DNA of 64,000 nt. It comes from the human T2T-CHM13v2.0 reference genome, Homo sapiens. Positions 1 through 13,262 of this stretch are shown here, one piece after another. Under the pieces are notes generated by a model. That model was not told the DNA's origin. It saw only the letters and a program-made list of their open reading frames with translations, and did not search any database. Where the stretch lies: the NCBI RefSeq assembly GCF_009914755.1, contig NC_060935.1. One strand, given 5' to 3'. How positions within the stretch are numbered: the stretch's first letter is position 1; each line of letters begins with the position of its first letter. A program made the translations under genes and the position numbers.

Positions 1-199
1 CACCTCATTTCACATTCCCAACAGCTGGTGGAGAACACAAGTAGAGGTTGTCCTTGTTTCTCAGAGGAGGGGCCAGCCATGGGGTGCTTGGTGGGGCTGT
101 GTAGTGATGGGGAGCACAGGCTGGGAGCCAGGCCAGGCCCCATTCACATGAGGCCCAGGGCAGAGTCCAAGCTGCAAGGGAGACTTGGGCTCACTATAC

Positions 200-300
200 C
201 GGACTATCCTCATTTTGCAGGTGGGGAAACTGAGGCTTAGGAGAGGGGAACATGGCTTGTCCAAGGCCACAGGGTGACTCTGACACAGTGAGCCTGTCCT
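200..300. mobile_element. MIR SINE fragment
   Basis: cctcattttgcaggtggggaaactgaggcttaggagag...cttgtccaaggccac is a typical MIR core. Confidence 0.6.
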
Positions 301-344
301 GGCTCTTGGTGCTTCTGTCTCCACACAGATACACAGGAGCACCA

Positions 345-565
345 TTTTACAAATAAGGGAATTAAGGTTCCAGTCCTGGGAGGCTGGACGCCTGGGTTCA
401 AGTCCCACTTGGGTACTGGTGTGCAGCATGACCTCACGTAGGCCTCCTTTCCCAGCCTTGATTCCTGCTGGGCTGAGCCCTTCTCCCTGCCTTCCCAGGC
501 CCAGCCTCTGCTCACCTGGCTGGCTGTGGCCAGTGGGAGTGAACCACTTACAGAAGATAGCATCT
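345..565 (-). pseudogene. Second, diverged partial copy of the 3' end of the SLC25A47-like exon plus downstream intron
   Basis: ctgctcacctggctggctgtggccagtgggagtgaaccac (508-547) aligns with ctgctcacctggctggctatggccagtggggccgagccac (2604-2643). Similarity continues through the intron (gcatgacctcac; ctgggagg..ggttcaagt.cc.act..ggtactg). The minus-strand reading FCKWFTPTGHSQP is followed by a GTGAG donor. Confidence 0.75.
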
Positions 566-1827
566 CACCAGCCATGTTGCCCTGGGCAACTAATACAACT
601 TATTGTAGCTCCATTGTACCTGTGGGGCAGGTGCAATGAGGGACAACAAGTGAAGTCAATGACAGCTGCTGCTGTCATGGTCCACCCAGCCAGAGTGTCT
701 ATTGGCAGGGCCTGGGCAGGGCTGTGGGCCCAGAAGGGAGTGAGCCAACACAGACCAGCTTCTTCCCTCATCAGCTGTGTGACTTTGGACAGGTCACTTA
801 ACTTCCTGGGACCTCCATCTTCTCCCCTGTAAAAAGCAGTGATGCCTCCTATTTAGGGTATTAGGAGGGGTGCCCTGGGTCCAATAGTCAGGTGACTTGC
901 CCAAGGCCACCGCTGGTCAGGGCAGAGGAGGGCTGCACACCTCCCATACCTCCCCCATTTTGCTAAAGTCCAGGGGTTTCCGAGAGAATTTTTCCCTGAG
1001 AGACAAGGGCACATCTGGATTAGGATGGACAGGAGCAGTGGCCCCGCAGGTATTTGGAGATGAGGTGTGAGGCCGGCTGCCAGCACCACCATGGTGCCGT
1101 AGGCTCTGCCGGAAGAGCACTCCTACTCCAGCTGGTAATGTCCTCTTGTCAGACAGATGTGGTACTGACCAAGCTTGGCCTTGCTGCCCTGTGGTCCCCA
1201 GCCTGGAAGGGAGACCAGCCAACTTTGTCTGAAAGGGTACGGTGTATGAAGAGCAATGGGTAGGGGAGCGGGGATCCAAGGTAGAGGGTGGCTGAGCACA
1301 CAGGGACAGCTGCAGAACAGCTTGCCGCTCCAGGATAGTGCTCGGGGAGAAACAGGTCTGCCTCTGGCCCCCAGCCCCCGCCTGCAGCACCAGCAGATGT
1401 GATGTGTTCTCCCCAGGGCCACGCTGGCTGGGCCTTGCCGCAGGCCCAGTAATCTCTGATCATTACGGTAGAGGTTGTAGAGACAATGAGTACAGGGGCC
1501 GCTCCTGTACAACCTGCACCCCCTCCCCAGTGACAGCGCTCCGGACACACATGGAGCCAGCTGCTCAGTGACACAGGCTCAGGGAAGCCAAAGGCCCCCA
1601 CCTCCCAGGGTGCAGCTGCTGCTGGAGCTGGGCCAGGAGTGCTACCAGGAACCCTCCTTCCAAGCCCGAGCAGGTGTGGTCTTCTTGACAAAGTGGTCCT
1701 GGGGTCAGCATTTGATGAACAGTGGAAACTCTCTCTTAGCTGCCTCCCTTTCCCAGCATTTGGCCAGAGCATCTCAGCCTCTGCATCTCCTAAGCTGGAC
1801 ACACTCCCAGGAATCCACTGCAGGACT

Positions 1828-1950
1828 TCATTCATTCATTCACTCATTCATTCATTCCACACCCTCTGAGCACATACTGTGCACCAGCCCTGGAGCCAGA
1901 TGAAGTCCTTACACTGCTCACAGGCTCTTGTGGGAGGAGGGCAGGTAGAC
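1828..1950. repeat. (TCAT)n tract, probable L2 3' end
   Basis: ttcattcattcattcactcattcattcattc followed by tgagcacatactgtgcaccagccctg, typical of an L2 tail. Confidence 0.55.
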
Positions 1951-2611
1951 AAGTGACCACACACCCAGACAGGGCCTCAAGAGAGCAGAGCAGGAGACAC
2001 CTGGGAGAAGCCTGGTGGTCAGGCAGGGAGAGCTTCCTGGAGGAGGTGACGCCTGGGATGTAGAACCAGCCAGGCCGAGCAGGAAGAGGGTGTTCCTGGC
2101 ACAGGGCACAGGACATAAGGTCTGGTGCCCACAGCACCACACATACAGAGACCAGTGTGACAGGGGCAGGCTCAGGAGGGGGTCCACCTCTTGTTCCGGA
2201 ATCAGTTTTGTTCAGCAGAACATGGGACAGCATACAGCCCACAGATACCTCAAGATCAGTGTCCGTGAGGGAATGTAGTGAAGGCAGGTGGCTCCCAGCC
2301 CTGCCAGGGGGCTGCTGTGGTGGAGACCTGGTGGCTTCACACTGGACCTGCCAGCCCTGGCCCATGATGGCCCCCATCACTGGATGCCATGTGGCACCAG
2401 GAAAGGGAGGGCTGGAGCTTCAGACGCACTGGCATGAGTCTGCTCGCCCCTCCCTGCTGTCTCTTAGTGTTGAGGGAAACAAAGATCACACCCTGGGAGG
2501 CAGGAGGCCGGGTTCAAGTTCCTACTCAGGTACTGCCATGTGGCATGACCTCACCTGGGCCTCCTCATCCCACTGGGGTCCCCACCCTTCCAAGTCCCAG
2601 CCCCTGCTCAC

Positions 2612-2918
2612 CTGGCTGGCTATGGCCAGTGGGGCCGAGCCACCCACAGAGGGCAGCATAGGAGAAGAAGTAGGTGGCAAAGGAGTGGCTGTCCCAGAAA
2701 AGCAGGGCTGAGCTGCTCTTGTAGAGGCTGTGCAGCCCCTCCTCATGGGCCACCATGGCCAGGCAGTGCAGCAGCCCATGGTACTTGGACACTGAACATA
2801 CAGGAGACACAGGACACACGAGGGGCACAGACAAAGGCCCCGAGGCCAAGGGCCGCAACTGCTGCATCTGTGTCTGCAGGCAGACCTTAGCCACCTCAGT
2901 GGGCGAGGCCAGGAACAC
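2612..2918 (-). pseudogene. SLC25A47P1: Exon of an unprocessed SLC25A47 (mitochondrial carrier) pseudogene, penultimate coding exon equivalent
   Basis: Translates to VFLASPTEVAKVCLQTQ...SGPLSVP..CPV.P.C...KYHGLLHCLAMVAHEEGLHSLYKSSSALLFWDSHSFATYFFSYAALCGWLGPTGHSQP. This matches SLC25A47 as recalled (VFLTSPTEVAKVRLQTQ...KYRGPLHCLATVAREEGLCGLYKGSSALVLRDGHSFATYFLSYAVLCEWLSPAGHSRP) and retains the Px[DE]xxK carrier motif. It is bounded by a polypyrimidine-CAG acceptor (AG at 2919-2920) and a GTGAG donor (2607-2611). Other exons were not confidently found. The pseudogene symbol is from recall. Confidence 0.85.
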
Positions 2919-3822
2919 CTGCAGAGGAGGAGAAGGCAGGGATAAGATGGCACCTACAGCTCTGCCCACAGCCTGCGCCTGGCCTCCCACAGGCCTCGTG
3001 TTACCCATGGTGACCTTGGGGAGCCTGAGCCCTGAGATGCTGCAGGTTTGCCATTTGCTTCCTTTCCCTCTCCCTACCCATGTGTCTTGAATGCCATGCC
3101 ACCTGGCATGGAGGGATCCGTTGCCCTTCGTGGATATCCACGGCACCCCATGCTGGTCAGGCAGCCGCGGGTGGCCAGAGGCTCTGAGTCAGGCTACCCA
3201 GGTCTCCACTAATCCACTTCTAACTACATGACCCGGATGGATCCCTTCATCTGTGTGGGCCTCAGTTTCCTCATCTGTAAAATGGAAATTCTATGACCTA
3301 ACACGACACGGCCATTGGGAGGACAGCGGAGTCAGCAGATACAAAGCTCTGCAGCCCTGCCTGGCAGGCAGTAGACTCTGTGAATACAACCAGCAGGACT
3401 CAGCTCTGCTGCCAATGTGCTGGGGGCTTGTGTTCAGCTTATTGCAGAGTGCCCTAGTGAACACCATTTGGGGTCTTTAATGTTTAACTGGGGCATATTT
3501 CTAGAGGGAAATTTCCGGGTGAAACATACCTGAGCTATTTTGTATTGTAATAGATTTTGCCATTTTGGTGGGATTTGGAGGGGCCAAAGAGGGACAGTGA
3601 GACTTCCAAAGAATGGATCCTGACTCAGGAGCCCAGAGTGGACTTTGGGGTACTGGCCCAGTTCCAGAGAAAATCAGCAGCCCTGGCATTTCCAGAAAAT
3701 GGGGCTTCTTGGCAAGTCTGAGCAAAGTCAGAAGTCCCCACATTCTCATCTGGCTCACTCAGTGCCCAGGAGGAAGCCGCTGGCCCACCTGAGCCTGTTT
3801 CTTCATCTTTAAAATGGGGCAT

Positions 3823-4128
3823 GGGTCAGGCATGCTAGCTCATGCCTATAATGCCAGCACTTTGGGAGGCTGAGGCAGGAGAATCACTTGAGCCCAGGAG
3901 TTTGAGACCAGCCAGGGCAACATAGCAAAACCCTTGTCTCTATGAAAAATACAAAAACTAGCCAGGCATGGTAGCACATGCCTGTAGTGCCAGCTATTCA
4001 GGAAGCTGAGGTGGAAGGAACGCTTCAGCCTAGGAGGTCGAGGATGCAGTGTGCCATGATCACGCCACTGTACTCCAGTCTGAGAGACAGACAATATTTT
4101 GTCTCCAAAAATAAATAAATAAATAAAA
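3823..4128 (+). mobile_element. Alu (AluJ-like)
   Basis: Dimeric Alu with gagcccaggagttt/ccatgatc J-type positions and an (AAAT)n tail. Confidence 0.92.
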
Positions 4129-5226
4129 TGAGACAAGACAGCCCTGTACCCAGGACACGGGAACCTCTATGCTTTAAGCTTCGCCTGCTTGCATGTGTGC
4201 AATGTCCGGCTGGTTGATGCTGACCACACAGCCCCAGGCAGTGGGTGGGTACAGTCTCAGCCACTTTGAGAGGCGGTAGATGTGTCTCTGGGGTGAGATT
4301 GGTGTGTGGAGCGGGATGAGCCCCCAGTCAGTCCTCCCAGACATCCTGGCCTCCCTCTGAAATCCCAAGAGGTTAGGGCTCTGGGTCTGGAGTCTCTGAG
4401 CCTGTGTAGCCCCTGGGATAGACCTCCAAGCTACAAAGCCTATCACAGGGCATTCTGTGCTGCCTCTCCTCCCTGAAAACAGGGCACAAAGGCAGGGCTG
4501 CTCCCCAGCTCCAGCTCCCGCTCTACTTTTCCCACCGAGCTCATGGCATGCATCAAACCCCACCTCCCAGCCCACTGGCAGTATTTGTGGGCAACAACCG
4601 ATAAGTACACCACGACTCAGGCAGAAACAGCTGATGAGAGTTCGGGGAAAGACCTGGAATTTGAGGCCCAGCTCTGCCACAGATGGCACCGTGGCAAATA
4701 GACTCAAGCCCCGTGCCTCTGTTTCCCTATCTGCAAACAAGGACAACAGCTACCTGTGGCAGGGTTAACGAGTTATTAGTCAGAAGAGACAGAGGTGAAG
4801 TCAGAGAGCTGACCATACCAGGCCAGGCCAGACCCTGCTGCTGGTGTTCCTGAGCCCCCGCCACAACCCAGCCTTGTCCCTTCAGAGTCCCCTGGACCCC
4901 AAGCCCTTTTGGGGCTGCTTTTTGCAGCACCTCCTGCTAACCACATTCCTCCCCACTTTCTAGCCCTTCCTGCCCTGCCTGGGAGGCATCTTCAACCCTG
5001 GAGTCCACTGGCTGCAAGGGCTGAGAAGGCCACTTGTCCTGGGCCTCAGGGTTCTCACCTGGACAAAATTTGACCCCATAGGAGGTCAAAATTCCAGGCA
5101 GGAGGCGCTTGAGCCAGCTTAAAGGGGAAAAGACAGGCAGCTTTGAAGAGAAGCCTCCTCAAGGCAGGCTCACCAGGATCCCCTGCCAGCTGGGCCTGGC
5201 ACACAAAGAGGCTCAGTAAACACATA

Positions 5227-5530
5227 GGCCAGGTGCAGTGTCTCATACCTGTAATCCTAGCACTTTGGGAAGCCAAGGTAGGTGGATTGCTTTGAGGCCA
5301 GGAGTTCAAGACCAGCCTGGGCAACTTAGCAAGATCCCTGTCTCTGCAATAATAATAATAATAAATAGCCAGGCATGGTGGTGCATGCCTGTAGTCCCAG
5401 CTACTTAGAAGGCTGAGGTAGGAGGATCCTTGAACCCAGGAAGTCAAGGCTGAAGTGAGCCATGATCATGTCACAGCACTCCAGCCTGGGTGACAGAGAC
5501 CATGTCTCTGGAAAAAAAAAAAAAGGAAAA
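5227..5530 (+). mobile_element. Alu (AluJ-like)
   Basis: ggccaggtgcagtg...ctccagcctgggtgacagag with an A tail and an (AAT)n linker. Confidence 0.92.
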
Positions 5531-6683
5531 GAAAAGAGGAAAGAACACACATGGACAGAGTGAACAGGAGCTGCCTGCCACCCTCCATTTGGACAGCAAG
5601 GCCCTGTGAGGGGCCTTGGAGGTGAACCCAGCTCCCGCTGGCCCTTCATCCTCCCACCATGTGGCACAGACACTGGAGGGTCAGGCAGCAGAGGAGGTCG
5701 CTGTCCGGACTCCAGAGGGCAGAGCCCGAAGCAGGGGCAGGTGGCAGAGCCCCACACAGCTGCCCCAAGAAGACATGGCCCTGCCTAATGCTGGTGAGTG
5801 CTGGGCAGGTAACCTGTCCCAACGTGCTTTGGCTCAGTCATCCTTTCGGCCAGCCACCACCCACCCTCTCCCACCCACTCCTGACTCTGGAATGCCACCT
5901 CCAGCTCACCTTACCACTCCAACTCAGTTGCACTGACTGGAGGCCTGGGAGTGCCTGCTCACTCAGCCATCCCCCACTATGATAAAGAGAACCTGAGAGA
6001 GGGCACAGCCAGGCCAGCTCATGGCTAGGCCCCCACAGGGGCCCAGAGGCTGAATTTTGTTAGCCCTGGGCAATGTAGGAAGGACCAAAGGCCTCAACCC
6101 CCGCCGTGTCCATAAATGCCAGGTTGAGCCCCTCCTGCTGGCCCCTCTATGTCCTGACCAGGTGGCCGGCACCACCCCTTTGACCTTCTGGCTCTGGAGC
6201 ACCCTGCCCCCACCCCCAGGCCCCCATCAGCTCTATTTTTATCCAAGAAGCACTCGCCCTGTGTCTATTTAGATCACTCCCCATTGAGTTTCTGGTCCTC
6301 TCATAATCTAGGCCAAGCCTCCTCAGTCTTCATGGCCCCCTCGAAGGCCAAGCGGATTCTGCATGGCACCCAGCCTGCCAGGAGCCCACAGCTCACCCGA
6401 ATGGTAGCCCTGGGAAGCTAAATGCTCCCAACTAATGGCAATGCAAGAAACTCACACACCATAGTGGCAACTGTGGGATTGAATGCATTGTCCACAAGAG
6501 GTCCCAGGTCCTTCACTCTCTGAGGCCCAGAGGGCACCCCCTGGCAAGGAGGATTCACTCCCACTGAGTGGCTGAGAGGCTGGAGATTAATCCAGACGAC
6601 AGCAAGTGTTTATTCATAGCAAGAAAGAGACCAGTCGGGCAGAACTTTGACTTGTCAGTGCCAAACCTCAAACCGACAGCTCA

Positions 6684-7049
<366 letters not shown>

Positions 7050-8037
7050 TCAGCTGATTAAGTAAATTAACATGTATGATCCACTTCCTGCAAAGGTGTG
7101 GACAGCTATGGGTGGAGAGCCAGAGCATCTTGCCCTATAACAGAAGGGCAGGCACTATCCCTGCTTCCTGCTGGCTTCGTGTGAGGTCATCTATGTGCAT
7201 GGACCGGCCCCTAGAATCCTCCCCAGCCCGGTTCACAGATGACAAACCTGAGGCAAGAAGGCTCATAGGTCAATGCAGCCAGGAGGGGTCTGAGCTGAGA
7301 CTTAAAAGCAAAACTGTTTGAGTTGGATCTTCCTGAATCTATCCTTGGAGACGGTCTCAACCCACAGTCCCCACAGCCACCTGAGAACCACTAAACAGGC
7401 TAGTTTAAATGCAGGTTTCATCTTCACCTGCTCCCTGGGGCTGATTCCTTAGGTCTTGGGTGGGGCCTGGAAATCTGCCTTCCTGGCTGTTTTCCAAGGC
7501 AGTGAGTCAGGCCCACAGGGACCCACCGGTCGACTCCAGCCTCAGAGGTCTAGAGAGGGGAACCTGTGGCCAAGGCCACACAGCAAGACAGACCAGAGCC
7601 TGGGTCCCCTCACTGAGGCTGGGCTCCAAGGCTGCCTGCTTGCTTGGGTTGGGAGGAGGCAAAGCTGGTGCAGCAGGGCCTGGCTCTGTACGCTACACCC
7701 GGAGGAGAACCAGGCTGTGTTCTCCTATCTCCCTGGCTCCATCTTACTCTGGTCCATTGCAGCCCTACTAGGAACTGTGTTTCTGATGTTTGTAATTCTA
7801 AAAATATGTTTTAGAAAACTGGAAATAACAAACAAACCCTCTTTTTCACCAGCACGGAGAAGGGCAGGCTGTCAGCCAGCAGGCCCATGCGCAGATCCCA
7901 CCATACTCACAGCCAGGTCCTGTCCAGTGGATGGGACAAAGAAGGCCCTGCCCTGGTGGAGCTGACATTCCAGTGGGTGCTGGGTGATGAAGGCAGAGAA
8001 ACAGTGGGGCTGAGGTGGGGGCTTTCCCCAGGGAGGA

Positions 8038-8243
8038 TGTCTTAGTCCATTCTGGCTGTTGTGACAAAATAAAAACATGAACTGGGTGGCTTATAAACAG
8101 AAATTTATTCTCACAATTCTGGAGACAAAGTCCAAGATCAAGGTGCCAGCAGATTTTGTGTCTGGTAAGGGACCCACTTTCTGATTCCCTGTGTCCTCAC
8201 ATGGCAGAAGAGGCAAGGGGGCTAAGGTCTCTTACAAAGGCAC
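8038..8243 (-). mobile_element. MaLR LTR fragment (MLT1-like)
   Basis: tgtcttagtccatt...tgggtggcttataaacagaaatttattctcacaattctggag...aagtccaagatcaaggtgccagcagat...gtcctcacatggcagaag is a typical MLT1 pattern. Confidence 0.8.
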
Positions 8244-8245
8244 CT

Positions 8246-8372
8246 GGCTGGGTGCAGTGGCTCACACCTGTAATCCTAGCACTTTGGGAGGCCAAGGCTG
8301 GAGGATCACTTGAGTCTGGGAGTTCAAGACCCAGCCTGGGCAACGTGACAAAACCTTATCTCTACAAAAACA
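8246..8372 (+). mobile_element. Alu left monomer / FLAM
   Basis: ggctgggtgcagtggctcacacctgtaatcc...tctctacaaaaa with no right arm. Confidence 0.85.
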
Positions 8373-8639
8373 AGTCAGAAGAGAAAGTGTGAATCGATTC
8401 CTGTCCTTGGAGTCCTGAGTGGGCTTAGATGAGGTTAGAGTCTTTCTGCTCTATTCTTCCCTTGCCCTCTGTCCCAGAGGTTGCTGAAAGCTATTGCTGC
8501 CCCAGGGCAGGTCAGGGGCCAGAGGCATAACCGTGCACCCACTGGAAGGGGACCCCACAGCTGGACCTGGCTGCTGGGGACATGGAGTAGCCTTGAGGGA
8601 CCCCCAGCTGGAGGGAAAAGGAAAGCCAAGCGGCACATA

Positions 8640-10280
8640 CTGGACAAGTGTTAGGTTTCAAAAACCCAGGGAAATCCAGATACTGCCCAAGAAAACAGGT
8701 TCTAGAACTAGGATTTTCAAATTTAGAAAATTCAAAACATCAAGTGGAAAAGAGGATGGTTTTCCTGTTTCTGGGAAACAAAGGCCTCCCAGAAAACCAG
8801 AAACACAGGTGGAAGTCACGAAAGAAAATATAGGTTTGGTGGATGTCTTTTCATCTACCTGTGAATGTTAGGGGCTGTGGAAGGAGAAGAGGAAGCAGGT
8901 CTGGACATGGCAAATATGATCAATAAATAATAGTAGAAATTTTCCCTGATCAGAAGAGGGCATGAGTTTGCACATTGAAAAGGTTGTTAGAGTTCCAGGC
9001 AGGGTTACATTGAAGAAAAAGATACACCCTTGGCATCTCCTGGTGACATTCTTGAAAGCTACAGATAAAATCAAAGAGGCTTCCCAGCAGAATAAATAGA
9101 TAATTGACAAAGGAGGAAGAAAAGAAACACATTGGCAGCAGATTCCTCATTTGCAGCACTGAAAACCGGAGGACTCTGGCTGGCCTGGGCCCAGGAAGCC
9201 TCACCAGAGCATTAATACCATTCCCTGACCAGACTAAGAAATATATTTTGCAGACGAGCAAGCGAAATTCAGAGGATATTCCCGCTTGTGTTACGTATGA
9301 AGGAAATCATCAAGAAAGGCCCTAATGAAATGGCAGTTGATCAGAATAGGGACCCCAAGTTGGAAGGAGAGGGAATCCTTGTTAGTTGAGTCTCACAGTT
9401 TATAGGAAAATATCAGTGGAAGGTGGCAGGGATAGGAGCCTTCTTGGGTAGCTCTTACTGGGGTGGGTAGGGCGGAAGGAAGCAGAGAGAGTCCTAGCGG
9501 GAGGCAGGTGCTTACCCTGTTTCTATATAATGATCAGGAAGCAACCATTTGCTGTAATGATAGATTGACAATTAGAAAGAGAATAAATAGTAATTTGCCC
9601 AAACCATCAAAACTATGGAAAAAGGAGTAAAATAAACCATTCACATAGAATAAAGTGACATACAAATGTCAGATCCTTCAGTTGTTCTAACAAAATCTGA
9701 GACTGCTTTAGACTGGGTTAGAAAACAAAATCCAGCTATAGTTGTTTACAAAAAAAAAAAACTGAAACAGGATAGTAAGAAGAGGTTCAAAATTACAAAT
9801 TGGGTCAGGTGCAGTGGCTCACACCTATAATCCCAGCACTTTGGGAGGCCAAGGTGGGTGGGTCGCCTGAGCCCAGGAGTTTTGAGATCAGTCTGAGTGA
9901 CATGGCAAGACCTGTCTCTATCAAAAAAATTACAAGTAGTTAGCTGGGTGTGGTGGCTCATGCCTGTGGTCTCAGCTACTTGGGAGGCCAAGGCAGGAAG
10001 ATTGCTTATGCCCAGGAGGCGGGGGTTGCAGTGAGCCCAGATTGCACCACTGCACTCCAGCCTGGGCGACAGAGTGAGATCTTGTCTCACCAACAAAAAA
10101 CAAAGCAAAACACCCAAAATTAAAAGTTTGACAAAGTATACCTGGCACATGTAACCAAAAAGAAAGAACTGGCAAAGTTAATATCTAAGCGGATTTTAGG
10201 GTACAAAGCATTAAAAGGATGAAGAGGACAGTAGGTAAAGATAAAAAGTTCAATTGGTGGTGAAGAAGAATAATAACTTC
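8640..10280 (+). mobile_element. Ancient L1 (L1M-type) fossil: ORF1 C-terminal half and start of ORF2 endonuclease, interrupted by an Alu
   Basis: Frameshifted translations NFPDQ..SLHIEKVVRVPG..HPWHLLVTFLKATDK..KEASQQNK..TLAADSSFAAL resemble the L1 ORF1 RRM/CTD. 9700-9800 ([13 protein letters not shown]) and 10120-10270 (NQKERTG.. DFRVQSIKRM.. KSSIG) resemble the ORF2 APE endonuclease N-terminus. Confidence 0.65.
9802..10118 (+). mobile_element. Alu (AluJ-like)
   Basis: Full dimer with an A-rich tail. Confidence 0.92.
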
Positions 10281-12632
10281 CATTAACCTTTGGGCCTCAA
10301 CTCACATGATAACCAACTCTAATGGAGAATGAGAGGTGATGGCTGAGGAGGGCTCTAGACCCAGAAGGTCTAGGTTTGAATCCCTGCTCCACTCACTGAT
10401 AAGCATGGTGTGGACATTAATTCTCTGTGCCCTGCCTTCCTCATCTGTAAAATGGTTTGCTAATCCTTTAACAGGCATTAAGTGGAAGAGTTAATGCAGG
10501 TTGTAATGTGACTGTTAATCAACAGATGTGAGCTATTTTAATTATACATAAACACTGCTGGCGATAAAAGGAGAACTTTAACAGATGCACACATAAAACT
10601 CTAGGGAGTGAAGTGTGGGAGGCAGAATTAGTTACTTGACCTTACTAAGCCTTAGTTTCTCCTTCTGTGAAATGGGTAAAAAGGCTGCCTTACTCACAGT
10701 GCTGGCGAGACTCCCAGAGATGCTTACCATCTGCACAGCATGGAGGACTCTGAGAAGTGTTTGCTAATTGTTCTGGAAGGTTGATCTTTGTCCTTTGAGA
10801 GGGGCTGGATTTTTGGCTGAACCTGGAATAATAAATAAACAAGCATCAATGCAAAGTCACAAGCTGTCATCGTGGGCTCGAGGTGGCTGCCACTCAGGGA
10901 AGGGAATGGAGGTATCAGCTAGTGCATCAGGACCTGGGGTGATCACTCCCCAGAAGGCCATTACCCTGTTCAATCTCCATGAACACCCTGGGGGAGGGAG
11001 ATAAACCTTCACAGGTAAGGAGAGTGAGGCTCAGAGACTCTGAGTCATTTGTGAGGTCGCTGACCTGATGAGCAGCTGAGGGAAAATTCAAATCTGGGGA
11101 GGGTCTTACCCCATAGTCCAGCATCCCTGGAGCCTCTTGCCCATGCCAGGTGTTTGGAGCAATGGGACATCGCAGAAATAGTGTGTGCAACCTCCCAGGG
11201 GACAACTTCTACTGTCAGCTGACCAGACCAATCAACTGTAGAGAGCAGCAGCCTGAAGATAGGACACGAGCGTTGAGTTGGACAGATGCTGGCTTGACCT
11301 TGGGATGTCATGTGCACACACACAAACACACACATAGACACACCCACTAGATATGAGGATTACAGGAGCTCACAGGATGTGCCTGGTGCCCAGTAGGTGC
11401 TTGGTCAATGTTCCTTTCCCCTCCAGCAGCTCCTGTCTACTCTTCCTTGCCAGAACCCCATCCTATCCAGCACCCTACACTGCAAGTTTCTGAGCCACTT
11501 AGGTCACAAGTCCCTCTCTTCTCTTCCAGGTGTGACAGGTATGCTTGGGGGACACCCACTTTACACAGTCAAGATGAGTCTCCTCACTTGTTTATTTCTC
11601 AGGCACATACATTGGAGAGAGGCTCACAGAGTTGAAGGGACTGGAAGCCCACTTCTATATACAACTCCAGGTGGGCAGCTGCTTTTCTACCACGCCGGAT
11701 TGAACCTTCCCCCCTGGTTTGTCCTGGCAAATCCCCGCTGGGGCTGAACCACATGTTGGGTTCATGGCCAAGTCCATCCTCAGCTTGGCCAGCTGGGACC
11801 AAGATGCTAAAATTTCCTCCCACCCAGAGCAAGGGCACCCACATTGTTCTAATGCAGGACTCCCCGGAACAGTTTCTTAAAAGAAACAGAAAAGTCAAAA
11901 CTTGTCAGTATATCCATGAACATGATCTTCAGAATAGCAATCATCATTACAGAAAAACCGAGTAATTGTCTCTCAGGTGCCAGTGTGCAGCTGTGAGGCA
12001 TCCGTGCCAGAAGCCTGAGGAAGAGCCCAGGAGTGTGGCCTGTTCTTGGGAACTGAGGCACTGCGGCTGGCCCCCTGTAAGCTGGTTCCTCCTCGATACA
12101 CCCCACACCTCGATGAACTGGAGTTCCATGTTCTCAGACCCCCCAGAACAGAAACCAAGAAAACCCATTTCCTCCAGCTGGAAATTCCCAAATAAGTCCC
12201 TTCACCCTTTCCTTGTGTTTGGGGTTGTGTGTTCTTAAAGTGGCCCAGTTGGGACCCTTCCCTGCCATTTTCCCTGGGCCCCAGTGCAAGCTGTAAACAG
12301 CGGTCACCAGGCCAGCCCTGTGTTTGCTGGCAGCACTGAACTTGGCCCCTTTTCCCACTGAGGGAGGGCAAAGCTGACTACAAGGCAAGACACATCATCC
12401 TGAGCTGGGTTTGCGGGAGGCTTTCTGTCTCCTCTTTTTTCAGTGAACCCAGGTGTTGTCAGAGGAAGTAACTTCTTATTGTAGGGTTGGGATTTCATCC
12501 AGCACAGGTGTAAGGGCTCAGCTTTATGCATTGGCTTTGGCCTTAAAATGTTCTGTCCCTAGGCCTCATGCAGGTCTTGTCCCCTCTGCCAGCCAAATTT
12601 CTGCATGACCTAGGGCCGGTCACTGTACCTTT

Positions 12633-13262
12633 TGTGAGAGGAGGCAGTTAGGGGCTGGCTAGGCAGGTAGAGATGGAGAGTCTCTGGAGAGAACAACACC
12701 CACAGGGAAGTATATTCTTCCCCTGTTACGTAGCTAGCAGGTGGAGATGTGGTTAAGAACTTCCTCTTATACCAGGATGTTTGCTCAGAATGGACTGTCT
12801 CAACTTAGGCACAAGCACAATAAATCAACTAAATGTCCTTAACTTGACCCAGCTTATTATAATATCATGAACATGACATCTACGTTGCAGTTTTACCACC
12901 ACCCCCACCCCCAACTGGGCTTTTCTGTAGTGCCTATGGGTAATAATTACAATGGAGTAACTGTGGACAAGAAGGCACCTGCACAGTAAGAAGTGGAACT
13001 AGGAAGGAACTTGGAAGTAGGAGGTTATGTAAGATGCAAATGAGAAAAACATCTCTAGAAAGGAGGGATAAAAACCCTTGGATGAGCTGGTCAGCAGCAA
13101 CCTACTTTCAGGTCCCCTCTCTTTACTGAGAGCTGTCTTTCTGTCACTTAATAAAACTCGACTCTCCCTTACCCACCCTCCTGTATCCGCATACCTCTTT
13201 CTTCGTGGCCACGAGACAAGAACTTGGAACTTACTAAAATACAGAGTAAGGAAACTGCAACA
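12633..13262 (+). mobile_element. 5' LTR of an ERV1-class provirus
   Basis: TG...CA termini, TATA-like gggataaaaaccc (~13065), AATAAA at 13150-13155. Immediately followed by a PBS and gag. Exact LTR family not assigned. Confidence 0.75.

Noticed and set aside
1330-1400. LQAGAGGQRQ on the minus strand resembles LQADGQGQRR in the last SLC25A47 exon
   Set aside because: Only ~10 codons of similarity in GC-rich sequence, the flanks do not align by eye, and no splice acceptor is evident. It needs tBLASTn before it can be called.
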